Assembly: GCA_000708835.1 (NCBI GenBank)
Contig: DF237305.1
Location: 1-64,000 of the forward strand
Length of the DNA: 64,000 nucleotides
Reading direction: 5' to 3'
Origin: Klebsormidium nitens
Lineage: Eukaryota; Plantae; Klebsormidiophyceae
Shown here: piece by piece, positions 1-11,731 of the stretch
How positions within the stretch are numbered: position 1 is the first letter of the stretch
How the letters are laid out: each line of letters starts with the position of its first letter
The notes under the pieces: model-generated
What the model saw: the letters and a program-made list of their open reading frames with translations, nothing else
Told to the model about the DNA's origin: nothing
Database searches by the model: none
Made by a program: the position numbers and the translations under genes

Positions 1-240
1 TTTAACCTCAAACCTTCCCGCGCCTCCCCGAACTGCCACGTGTCCATGACCAGTGGGCAAATGGTCAGAGCGGGTGAACGTGAAGAGTACAGATCCCGGT
101 TGTCCCCCCTTGCCATTGGCTGCGCTGTCCTACTACGGTACCTACGGTACCTACCTGAGAGAGGCTGAGGCTACGGTACCTCTCTAGCCTAGGCCAGGGG
201 ATTGAATACCGTAGAGGCGATGATGTGCAAACTAGGTACA

Positions 241-524
241 TACCGTACCAACACGCCGGTTGGGCAGATTTTTGCCCAATAATTAATTTCGATTGATAAT
301 GGACGTTTGAAAATTTGGGCAACTCGTTTTGGAATTTTTGAGAGATTTGGGCAACTCTGCATTTATTGCGGAATCCCTTCTTCTACCACTCAAATCTCAT
401 CAAAAAAGAAAAATAGAATTTTGAACCATTTGAAACATTGGGCAGAGTGGGTCGGAATATATCAAAATATTGGGCAAATTGTCAAAATTATTAATTTCTG
501 CCCAACCGGCGTGTTGGTACGGTA
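241..524. mobile_element. MITE-like non-autonomous DNA transposon, probably Tc1/mariner (Stowaway-like)
   Basis: Perfect 26-bp terminal inverted repeats: CCGTACCAACACGCCGGTTGGGCAGA at 243-268 and its reverse complement at 497-522. TA flanks both ends (241-242, 523-524). The interior is AT-rich and non-coding, with 7 copies of TTGGGCA/TGCCCAA across the element. Confidence 0.8.
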
Positions 525-730
525 CACCCGTAGGATAGTACATTGCATGGAACTGCCATTGCGGGGCGCAACGCGGAAAGAGAAGGGATCAAAACAAGTT
601 CTTCGTTCAGAGTGATGCAACAGTGCCAACACTCGATGACAGGAGCTCTCTCGCTTTCCATCGCTTCCCCTCGGATATGTAGCTGACCCCAACTAATACT
701 GGAAGAGCTCATTCAAATTCTGGAGCTGCA

Positions 731-3700
731 ATGGGTTATACTGCGCAGGACTTGTTCAAGACTAAGATATGCGAGTACTACAAGGAAGGACGTTGTCCAC
801 GTGAAAAATGTACCTTTGCTCACGGTGAAGCGGAGCTCAGAAGGCTCCCTCCCCAGAGAGGTATGCCATTTTAGTTGAGCTGCAATGAAGATGGTTGTCA
901 ATTCAGCGGTAGGATTCTATGCTCTGCCTGGATGCACCTCTGCTGGAATCAACATCTCGATCTTCTCATGGTTAGAGCAACCTTTTGTTTGGGGCTGATG
1001 ATGTGAGAACGTGTGCTTACTGCCAAACCTCTTCCCTTACTACAGGTTCATCTCATGTATTGACCTATATGAATCTTCCTGGCGCAACACTGTTTGTTAT
1101 TTTGGACACCACGATCTTATATTTAGGATCTGATACTCAGGGAGAGGTTACGACCAGTGGAGGGGTCCCCTTCCAGGTCATCTGGACAGGAGAGGTCCCA
1201 GACAGTATTCTCCAAGACCTAGGTCACGAACTCCACCCGACTACCGAGGTTGGTGTTAGATCATGCCCTGTTCCTGCCTTATAGATTGAAGGGGAGTTCT
1301 CAAGCGGTTGGTTTGTACAGTTGAGCCTGAACTTTGACATGTCCATATTAACTTCAATACCTTGAGTCTGCAGAATTCCACAGCCTCGAATATCCAGACA
1401 AAGCATTATGCATCAAACCCCCAGTACTTTGTTGGATGTTGCTATGCAGGACTCTTATCAACATGCCCAATGCAGGACTCCTATTGGAGAGCTCAAAGAA
1501 GGATCTTTCGATCAAACAGGCAAACCTGAAGATGGTTTTTCTTGAACAATTATGGCGGCCTTTGCGTTAAGTAGCTCATTCGTGCTGTTTGTACGAGTGG
1601 TAAGGACTTGTCAGCAAGTGGAAGCTCAGCTTGCTTATGCACTCTCAGGAAACCTTCGGGAGAGGCTTTTCATGGTGCATTATGCACTTTATGTAGCTGA
1701 GCTGCTGAGGGCCTGCTGGGAAGTTCTGTACTTTTTGAAGGGTAGAAAGATTTGAATCTCATCCTCTTTTCCAGCAGATACCAATGGTCGCTGGGAACCA
1801 CGCGCTCCCTTAGCGGAACGCCTTGGAGACAGGCGGCCACTCAGGCGCTCAGGGACACCAGGTTCTCCTTCCAGGCAGGTGGTCCTGGGCTCAGGCCCCT
1901 CCCATGTTAAGCAGCATGGCATTCTGCAGGCCTTGGAGAACTGGTGCCTCTAGAGTCTAGATTCTTGTTGGATTCAAGTTCCAGGAGATCAAAGAATTCA
2001 GGTAAAGTCGGTCTTTTGCTGCAGGTAGTTGAATGGCAGCCAGCGTCCTTTTCACAGCACTTTCATTCTTTCTACGCAGCCGAGAGCCCTCCCCTAAGCG
2101 TGCTCGAGTGGATGCCAGCCCGGATGCTCCCAGACACTCTTCTAGCAACGAGGGGCGGGGAAGAGAGCGGGACAGCGAGCGGGATGAGGACTCACATGAG
2201 AACGAGCGCGAGCGTGAGCGCGAGCGCGAGCGCGAGCGTGAGCGCGAGCGCTCTGCATCTCCTCAGCGGTCTCAGTCTCCCCTCAATGATGCTCGGCACG
2301 CGCAGCTTGCAAAGAGGGTAGGTGGCTAGGGTGACCCTTCTTGCAGCTGATGAACGAAGAAGTGTCCGCCTCTTTCATGCCACTGGAAGGAGCGCTACGT
2401 TGCCTGCTGCCATCTCAAATTGCAGATGAGGTCTTGTCGCTTCCCAGAGTTACCTTGTACTTGATTCTCGATCGCAGAAGACTGACACCCCCTGCTTGAA
2501 GAAGCTGGTCTACTTTCTCTTTGCCTACAGTGATCGCTCAATCGTAATATTAATCCTGTCTTGCGGATTGCCTGTGCAGCTTGCAGAGGAGAGAGCGGCC
2601 AATGAGGAGTTGGAGGCTAAGTTGGCTGCCTACGAGGATATCCGCTCGGAGCTTCCTGAGTTGCAAGCAGAGAATGAGCGCCTAACAAAGATCAACATGG
2701 CGCAGAAAGAGAAGCTGGAGATCATGCAGGTGTGCGATTGGCCTCCAGATTCCTCATCTGGTCACCGGAGCAATATCGTTATTGCTGGCCAGAGTATGCA
2801 AACAAACCTCCGTGTGTGCTATGGTTCATCTGAAAGCGGCACCACTACTGGGAACTATATATGTACTCCAGAGGCTTGAACTTCAAGGCCGTGATTTGGA
2901 GGCAAAGGAGTTGCAAAAGGGCTAGGGAGATACTGTTGAAGGATGCAGCCACCTTCACAATTGTCACTTATGGGAGACTACTACAGCAATAATCCCATTC
3001 AGGGCCCAATTGCTTTCAATTCCTGCTCACTCAGGTAAGTAGCCTTCATAGTGGTTAGCCTTTCATTAATTCAGCTTAGGCAATGAAGATCTGCTGGGGG
3101 TCATGACACAGGTTTTTCTGGTGGTGGCAGTCTCGTCTGCCAGGAGAGCCTTGAGATAGGTCAAAGCTTGTCTATTCACCACTTTGGGAGCACTCCAGTG
3201 CATGTTTTGTAGCGGGTATTGTCCTCTTTCAGACGTGTACTTGGGCAGGCCTGTTGGTTTCGCAGGATACTGCTCCCAGCTTTTTGCTGTGGACAGTTTG
3301 ACGCCTCTGCAAAATCACCTGACACAAACGTTCTAGTATGTTGTATAGACTGTCTGCTGGACATATTCGGTGGCAATGCTGAGCACTTAGAGGCAGACGG
3401 TGTGTTTGCAGGACTTGGTCGACAGAAAGAACAGGGACATTGTGGAGAAGGACATCAAGCTGGCCAAGCTCCAGAAACGGTCAAAGGCCGCGGAGGACAA
3501 CACGTGGTGGGTCTCCCCGTAGTCCCCACCCCCCCACCAGGCCAGACTACTGAATCCATTGTATCTGAGACTCTGGCATGTACTGCAGGGGTTCTGAGCA
3601 ACCTTCTTCTTCGCAAGGTGACTTTTGATCTAGATATAAAGAGACGTGAGGGGCGAAGTCAGAGTAACAAAAGACGTCAGCAAGGGTCCAGGGGCGGCGC

Positions 3701-4839
3701 TGCTGTGATGTGGCTGATCCATCCCGTCTTCCTGGTGGTGCAGGGCGGTCGGGCAGTTGAAGAAGCTGGCCAAGGCTGACCAGCAAAAGAGATTGTAAGC
3801 CATCAGTACTGCCTTATGCAGAAAGTTCTGGTTGACAAGCCTTGTATCTCGTTGGCATCCCTGTTATCAGTTTAACCCTTGTTTGAAACACTCGCTCTTG
3901 AAAGTTCACCATTTTACTCTTCATTTGAAAGTGTGGTTCCTAATCGGGTTCCACGTGCTCGTACCTTCATCGTGGTCTGCCATGTTGCATTCACCACCAT
4001 TTGCTTATGCAATTGATTGATCTGCAACTCCCAGGGCTGAGCAGCAGTACCGGCAGCTGCTGGACGAGGCCCTTGAGGTGCTGCGCGATCACCCCGCCCT
4101 GGTCGACGACGGCGCCGACGTGTTCGCCATCCCAAAAGCGGACGGCCTCCGCCTGGAGGGGCGGCAGAAGGCAGACCACGGCCCCGGGGCGAACGGCACC
4201 CTCGAGGAGAAGACCCGCAGGGCGGCAATTGTGGAGAAGTCCCCGATCAAAAACACGGAACCCCCAAACCACGAGATGCGGTCGCCGAACGCTATGGTGC
4301 TGCGAGAGAGGGGTCACGAGGGGGACGGTGATCCGCCGCTAACGCGAGAGGGTTCCGGTCGGTTGTGGCGGGCGGGGGCCAGACCGTATGGGGGGGGCCA
4401 GGCGAGGGGCGACGCCTGGGACGTTGCCAAAGGGGACGAGGATGGGGCGGCGAACAAGGGGGAGGCCGGCCTGGCGAAATACCCGGCAGATATGGAGAGG
4501 CTGACACGGAAGGTCCAGACCGCAGCACAGAGCGAGGTGGGAGGGGGCTTCTTCAAAACCCCGGCGAATGTGGTGCGCAATACCAAGCGCTTTGAGGAAG
4601 CTAGCGGCTTGGGCCCGGGGGCCAGGGGGAGAGGGGGGGCGACTGAGAAGGCACCGGCGGAGGAGCGCGCCACTGCTACCAATGGAGGGAGGTCGCCGCC
4701 GGAGGCGGGAGAGTACACGGAGACGGCCAAGGAGGAGTTCCGGAACATGGCGTATCCTATGCCCATTGTAAAGGACACGGTCATGCAAGTGAGTTGGACG
4801 GACCCGCTAAATCCACCATCCGTTTTCACAACGTCCTGA
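731..4839 (+). CDS. Multi-exon CCCH zinc-finger protein with RS/RE-rich region and coiled coil (plant C3H40-like architecture)
   Basis: Exon 731-860 encodes MGYTAQDLFKTKICEYYKEGRCPREKCTFAHGEAELRR (C-x7-C-x4-C-x3-H, with FKTK lead-in and FAHG.AELR). Later exons give RSREPSP/(ER)8, the coiled coil LAEERAANEELEAKL and DLVDRKNRDIVEKDIKLAKL, and a long last exon ending at 4839. Some internal exon edges are uncertain. Confidence 0.8.
2204..2251 (+). repeat. Coding hexamer repeat (GAGCGY)8 encoding (Glu-Arg)8
   Basis: Eight GAGCGC/GAGCGT units in frame inside a CCCH-gene exon. Confidence 0.95.
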
Positions 4840-6472
4840 GGACGCGTTTGACGTCTGCATGGTGTTCTAGATTGTCGTAGTCCCCATCGGCTCCACATGT
4901 GAAGCGGGAACTGGAAGGGAAGGCGAAGGTTTGTAAAAGTAGAAGCAAGGCTTTGGTTCTTTTCCAAAAGGTGGCTCAGAAGTTGCTAGGCACTTTCTTG
5001 ACGATGATTTCCGAATATGTGCTCTGGTCTCCTTGCAGGCATGTTATGAAGAGACTTCCGAGGCCGTCAATATCGGATAGGGCTGCCCCTTGAGTAGCTT
5101 CTCAGAGGCAAGAGACGAATGAAATGGTTCGGTTGAATGAATCTAGCGAGATGGCAACTCGAAAAGAGTTGTCGAGGACCAACTCTTAGAAAGCAGGTGC
5201 AGGGAGTGTCCATGCAATCTCGTGGGATCAGCGCAAGAGTGCTGGTTCAACAATACACGAGTATGTATTCACTTAACTTTATGTTACACCCTGGCGGATC
5301 CGAGTGTCGGCAGCTTGTGGAACTTCGGATAGTACATCAATAGTTGCGTACAGTGGTAAGGACTGTGTTGGGTACAGGGCCAGGCAGGAGGGAGCGCTTT
5401 CTGAACCTGTGAAAACTTGGAACACAACTGGAGTTGCTCTTGTTGGATACTGATATGTCCAAAGGAGAGACGCGTGTATTCAACGCCATGCATGATCAAC
5501 TCCTTTTATGAGGATTAAGTTTTAGAGTTCGAAGCCGCATGGGGTACATGTGCCGCAAGGGACAATCAAATGTTTCTGAGATCGTGGGTATGACGTGAGG
5601 CTGTTGTGACTTGTCCGATCGAACGTCGACGGTTGCATGATCGTGATTGGGAGGACAAGATGTATTTATGCTGTTGCTGCCAGTAGATTTTAAGCATGCA
5701 AATTACTGCGCAGTTCTAGACCGTAGCGTCGGTATGCATATGGTGTGTATTGAGACTTTCTATTATCCGATATATAAGCATTTTTGTTCTGCAAATATGA
5801 AGACATGCTGTGCAAACCTCACATGTGCTCATGCCCGCGGCCGCCCATGCGAAGCGTAGCTATATGGCTTATCTGACTATATCGCGAGCTTGAAAAGAGA
5901 TCGACTCATTATCCATCCGCACCGCAATTTTGTTCGCGGACTCACCGTCGCATGTTTGGACAAAGTCAAGATGCACATTGTCGCTCGGAGTCGTCTCGTG
6001 AGCGCTCATGCATGTCAGGATAACGTACTGATGTACTGAAAGTTTGCCATGGACGGTTCCTTTTCAAAGCTCAAGACTTGCCCTCTAGCAATATACAGCG
6101 ACACATGACGGCCGACCCGAAATCCTAGTGAGTCGCAAGCAAAGGAATGGGCAACTCGCCATGCGTGAAGAAAGACGTGGCCCACGTTCGTCCAGTAACG
6201 TACAGGCAATACATGCTTGCTCAAATCTGGCGCCTGACAGGCCGTGAACGTTTTCAGAATATACACAATTCAAGCCAGCTGAGCTGACTAGCGCAAGATA
6301 AAGTTGATCCCAGCAAGACAAAAACAGGCGCGGCAGTTCCTGTGGGCCATGTATCTGCTTCTGCAATGCTGCAAGGAGATTCAATTCAGAGAGTTCCAGA
6401 TCAGCACGCACGGTCAGTTCAGCGTACCGCACCCTACCCCTGTAGCTGCCATTTATTCCCCAGGGTGCCTTC

Positions 6473-9400
6473 TCAAAGGAGGGCAGCCACTTTCCCAAGT
6501 AATGGCTTCTCCCGTAGAGCCCTTTGGCTCGCCGGCTTGCAGCAGAGGGGGAAGCACGCGTCGGCTGCTCCATGGCCAACGAAGCCCACCACAAAGTCCG
6601 CGTCCTTCTCTAGTTGTTTCGCGTACGCCCTCACCTGCGCCTGCAAGATCGATCCGCTGACCCGTTACAAGCCAGCTTAGCAACAGAATATTGGACAATC
6701 AGAGTTTTTGGAGACCACAAGATACCACAACTTGATCATCCGCGAACAGTGGCATAAAGTTGTGCGAAATTTCTGAAAGAACCGTGGATTGCATTAACAG
6801 CTTGGGCTGTTCTCATGTTGGCCCACCGAAAGACGCATCGTGGCGGCGTTCTCCAAGTCCTTATGCTTTACTCTATTCTACGTTCCTCATGACCCCAAGA
6901 AGCAGACGAGCCGAAGGGTATCGCGCATGCGGAGACCAGAGCCGGCATCAATCTCACCTCGACGTCGCCCTTGGTGAGAGCGTCCCGGATGGCGGCCTCA
7001 TGCCCGTCCATCCAGAAGTCGGGTGCGTCTACGGGGACGACGCCCGGGAGGTAGCCAACCGAGCACTTGTGGGCGTCGAAGATCTGCTGCAGCCGCAATT
7101 CCAGAACGGCCTCCGCCTCGTTCCGCGTGCTGCCGTCGTACAGCGACTGTACAGGCAGCCCGGAACGGATGCTTCAATGTTGAAACAACTTATTTTCATG
7201 CCTATCTTTCATAGGATGCCTCATACCTAAACATTGAAGTAGTGCTTCCGTCGTACAGGGACTGTCCCTGTACAAAAAGTGCATGACGGAGGCTTTTAGT
7301 CGCACCTTTTCAGGGCCAGTCTGGCGCTTCCTAGCGGCCAGGAAGCGCACACACGCACCGGGGGGAAAGGGACTACGATGAAGCAGGTAATGTTTGGACG
7401 AAGCCGTCCCTCTCCGAAATCCTTTACAGGAGGGAGACGGAAACGGGGATGGTGTGACACCTTTCAGCCCAGCACCTGTCCTATGAGCGCTCTCGTCAGA
7501 AGAACTGCCAAGAACCTTCCAAAGTTGCGGAAGGAACGAACCGTTCTTAAGTTAGAGCGTTCAGGAGCGGAACCGCCACAATTCCCGCTCACAAGGCCGG
7601 AATGCTCCATTCTTACGTTAAGAGCTGCACACTCGTCTGCAGTTATCATCCCCCCTCGTCTCAAAATTGTCAACGACTTTGAAGCCAAAGGAGAGCGGCT
7701 CACCCGTACGAGCTCCTCCGTCGCCTGCAGCACCCAGGTCCCGATCGGCGTGACCACGAGGTGCACGTGGCCCCGGCCCCCCGGGCGGAGGTTGGATTCT
7801 CGGGCGACCCCCAGCAGGTCCGCAGTGGAGGGCAGATTGGGCCACGAGTCGGCCAAAATGGCGTGCGAGTGCCACGAGAAGGGGTCCTCTGCAACCTGGG
7901 GGGAGAAAACAAGCACCAAGCATCAGCGAAGAGCTCTTCTTGCTCGTTCTTGGCTCGGTGCAAACTTCCTTGTTTCACAGTCTGTTGTTTCAGCCATAAC
8001 AAACACTTGCGAGATCGGCTCTCTCTGGAGAAAAGGGTAACACCTAATCTTTTGGATTCTAAGAGCAGTAGTAGGTCTGGAAAACTCAAGCAGCAGAGCC
8101 GGAGAGGAGGTTTGGAAGTCGTCACAGAAGCACTGAGTGCAATCTGAGTCCGAACATGATCCACATTCTTTACAAGGAGCAGACTTGTTTATGGGGGACA
8201 CCTACAATGTCCTGAGAAGATGGTGAAGCCGTGGAAGCGCCTCAAGTTGCAACACAAGCCTACCAATCTGAGGGCAAGAGAACACTCAGGGAGCAGGTAC
8301 TTACAGAAGCAACCCTGTGGACTGAAGTGACCCCAATGCTAGAAACACAAGCAGCACGGAAGCTGAAGGCTCTCACAAGCCTTTGCTTACCTGCACGTGG
8401 TCATGTGAGCCTCGGCCGACGCGCGATGGCACAATCCCTAACAAGGCCTCCCCCTTGTTGCCAGTCCCGCGGTGCTTCAAAATGCCACCCCACTCACACT
8501 CCTGAAACGCGGCCGCACCACCAACTGCTTCCAGCAAATTAGCATAGAAAGTGCTGCCGTGCAGCCGCATGCGCTTCCACGTGGCGCCGTCCAATCTACT
8601 CCTCTCTAGCTCCGCTGCGCTCCACTCGCCAACGACGCAGCTAATTGTAGGAAGCGGGAGGCAGTCGGATGAGCTGTCGGAAATGCAGACGACCTCAGCA
8701 CCGTATTGCAACTTGCAAACGCTTGATGCTGGTTGTGGCAAAGCTGGCTCAATCTTGACTCCAGAGACCTTTCGTCTCTTAACACAGCGATCTCTGTCGC
8801 CGTTCCGAGCTGCGATTCCGAGAAGCTTTCGGGCAGTTGGTCTCGCACGCTTTGCCAGCCTTGCACTTTTCCGCACCTCCACGCACTGTCCTGCAGCCCC
8901 CAACTGCTGTCCCCCAATTCTTCCAACCTTGCAGCTGACGGCCGAGACTTCTTCCAAGGCCTCCACATCAATGACTTGCGTGCCCCAGTCCTCAGCTCCT
9001 ACTCCTTCCTCTCGAGCTTTGCCTAATTGAACCACCACTCCCGGGCCCCCTTCCACCAATTGCATTGGGACCTCAACACGCTTTACGGGTCGTTTGCTCA
9101 AACGCTCCCTCGTTTGACTGCCAAACTTGCGCCTCCTAGGACGGCCCTGCTGCCTCCGAGAGTCCATTCCTGTGACCTGCTTGTTGCCGTTCGTACTCTC
9201 TTTTCCCACTGCCGGCCGTCCTTCAACCGAGCAACTATTGGTCCCGCAGTTTGTCCGCGCTAAAGAAGCCCCTTTGCCGCCCTTCTTGACACCCAACCGC
9301 TTCTGCTGGCTGTGCTTGAGGCACATCGCTCTGTAGGGTTGCGCAAGAAAAGGGCACTGCCAGCCACTACCTGCGCGTCTGCTGCACTGACTCCCCTCCT

Positions 9401-9764
9401 GACTCCCCTCCCCGGCGGGGCACCCAGCTTTCTGCTGGCGGTCCGCAACGCTTGCTCCGTCCTCCAGCTTGCAAAAGACGACAACATGGGCCCCTTGGGC
9501 GCTCCCTAGATCTGCATGATCCTTCCTCTCAGTCGGCCTTCCCGAGGTTGTGGGCTCTTCAAACATGTCACTGAGCTTGCGAAGCCTTCGCCCCGGAAGG
9601 CCCTCAGAACCATTAGCCCGCACACGTTTCCTGGCCCGAGCCTCTGGGAAAGTGTTGAGGCCCACTGCTGGTGGATCTATGCAGGGAACGTTCTGCAGCC
9701 GCAGTTCCCGTCGGCTGGGGACATCCTCCGACTCAACCGCCTCACGAAACTTGTGGGCCAACAT
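6473..9764 (-). CDS. Putative nuclear protein: WRC zinc finger plus C-terminal JAB/MPN+-like metalloenzyme domain
   Basis: Exons 9764(ATG; exon may start near 9819)-8391, 7895-7704, 7146-6958 and 6640-6473 join through phase-0 GT-AG introns. WRC motif CSRRAGSGWQCPFLAQPYRAMCLKH (C-x9-C-x10-C-x2-H) at 9386-9312. JAB-like motifs: ECEWGGIL (8501-8478), FSWHSHAILADSWPNLPSTAD (HSH at 7871-7863) and HVHLVVTPIGTWVL. The 5' end may extend further upstream. Confidence 0.7.
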
Positions 9765-11731
9765 TTCAGACAGCTTTGAAGAATGACTAGCCGCGTGGCT
9801 TAACGTTGTAGTTTGTGACCTGGGAGAAGACAGAATGTGAGCTCAGTGAAGAAACTTAATCGACAAGACATCAAACAACATGTCTCTGTGTAAAGACTTT
9901 CTGATGGGAAGGAGGGACCCGGATACTAGTTTCTTCCAGGCGATAAAGCACTGGGCGGATCATAGCGAGACTGGGAACACAGCTCAGGGCGCGTAAGAAG
10001 CGATACCGCCCGTCAGAGTTTCTAATGTGCCCGGTCTTCTTGCCGAGAAATACCATCCGAAGCAACCAGACTTATGCAAACAGGTTCGAAGAATGTGGTG
10101 GAGGCAATCAACCAGAAGCCACTTGAAATGAACCTGACTTGAGTGGAACATATCATAGCTACAAGATAATGATAACGAGCTTTTATAACAGAGGGAATCT
10201 TAGCAGTCATTGTAGAACTCAGCGGGCCAACTTGTCTGTTGGCAACTGTGAGATGAGCGTTTGTGTCTGCAGAAGGAGATAAAGAAATCCCCATAGTGCT
10301 CTCGATGCAAGGGCACCACACTTATAATCCAGCTGCTTCATTAACCCTCGTGATCTGTCACCTAGTCACCTGGTCGCCCGGCCCGCCCGGATTTGCATTA
10401 CATGGGCGACAGTTTTATTTTGCAGCCACTCCTTCAAAAGACCAGTCGCCAACATTTCTTCTTCAAATGATGCACAGTTCTTTCTTCAAGCCACCCTAAT
10501 TTTGCAAAACCAAGTGCTTCAAGAGTCCAACGCCCACTTTGGGCAGTCTTACCTTGCGGGATGAGCAACCCCATCACTTGGGGATTGTCACCAACTACTG
10601 GCGGCAGAGATTGCATGGAAAAGCACTGTCGGGGAATCCAGGTGCCACTGATGCGTCCACGCTGCCTTGTGCTGCATAAGTCTAAGTCTAGAAATGTCTG
10701 GAGGTGCAATGGTACGAGAGCATTCAGGGCAACGTGCCAACTTCATCTACAGAGCTGCTATACTCAAGCGATCCACCACCCTGCAATGCACTTTAGCTTG
10801 TCGTGCCCCCGGTTGTGCCTTGTTATGCTAACAGACTTTATCTACAGCGCCCTAGAACCATTGAGGCCGGAGAAGGCAGACTGCAGACCTGTATTTCAAG
10901 GTGATGATAAAAGAGAGATGCGGATCAGTGCATGGTGACCTAGGACCAGGTAGTAGGTACTTCGTGCTTCGAAGTTCGCAGCACCGCCCAAATGCTCAGG
11001 TCGATCAGGGATCCCCTCAAGTATTAACGTAACCCGCCTTGGTTAAGACGCCTTGGTTAAGCAGTCTACCTACCTATCTACTCCAGCGCCGAGGCCCGTA
11101 CTTGAATCCTAGCCAAATCTCCTTTGTGTGGGTTAAGGTAAACCACACTTTGCCCATTCAACAGTGGAAGTGCAGACGTTGCCGCGTTTGCTCGCGCGCA
11201 GGGCTAAATGTGGCCGGCAGTAGGGAGAAACAGAGAACAGTTTTGCATTTTGAAAGGCAACGTATGGCATAGTGCATGATGCAACAGATGAAATTCTGCA
11301 AAGGCCGAATTGCGAAGAGCAAAATGCCTTTGGCGTCAGAACAGCAGGTGCGAGCTGGAGCTCAGCAATCATGGGGCAATTCTTGATTGATCAGCTCAGA
11401 TTTGCCAGACACCTGCGTCACCCTAAAGCAGTGTAGCACAACGAGGACCGCAAGACATTGCAAAAGCCTAAGTTAGTGAGGCCTGCAATCTACTGGGCTA
11501 ATGTGAACAGCGGATTGGTAACCCCGTCAACGTCACTGATGTTCCTTCAAATGGCACAATGGGGGAGAAATGTAGTGCAATACATGTTGACTGAGACCGA
11601 CAACCTGCCGGGCTGCCAGCTGGTAGGCAGCTGGAGGGCTGCATCTATTGACGGGCCGCTGAACGTGACAACATCAAACTTGATGCAATTAATATAAAGA
11701 CCTAGCGTTCGACAGGGCCAGCTAGCAGGCG

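Noticed and set aside
134-180. CTACGGTAC repeated three times just left of the MITE
   Set aside because: Too short and irregular to call a satellite or second element; the resemblance to the TIR end may be chance.
6085-6594. 169-aa minus-strand ORF
   Set aside because: Out of frame with the last WRC-JAB exon, which stops at 6473, and runs through its 3' UTR; no recognisable motif.
7253-7273. Perfect small palindrome GTACAGGGAC-T-GTCCCTGTAC
   Set aside because: A single intronic hairpin with no TSD or second copy; not enough to call an element or terminator.
8551-9030. Plus-strand 159-aa ORF and neighbours
   Set aside because: Antisense shadow of the large WRC-JAB exon.
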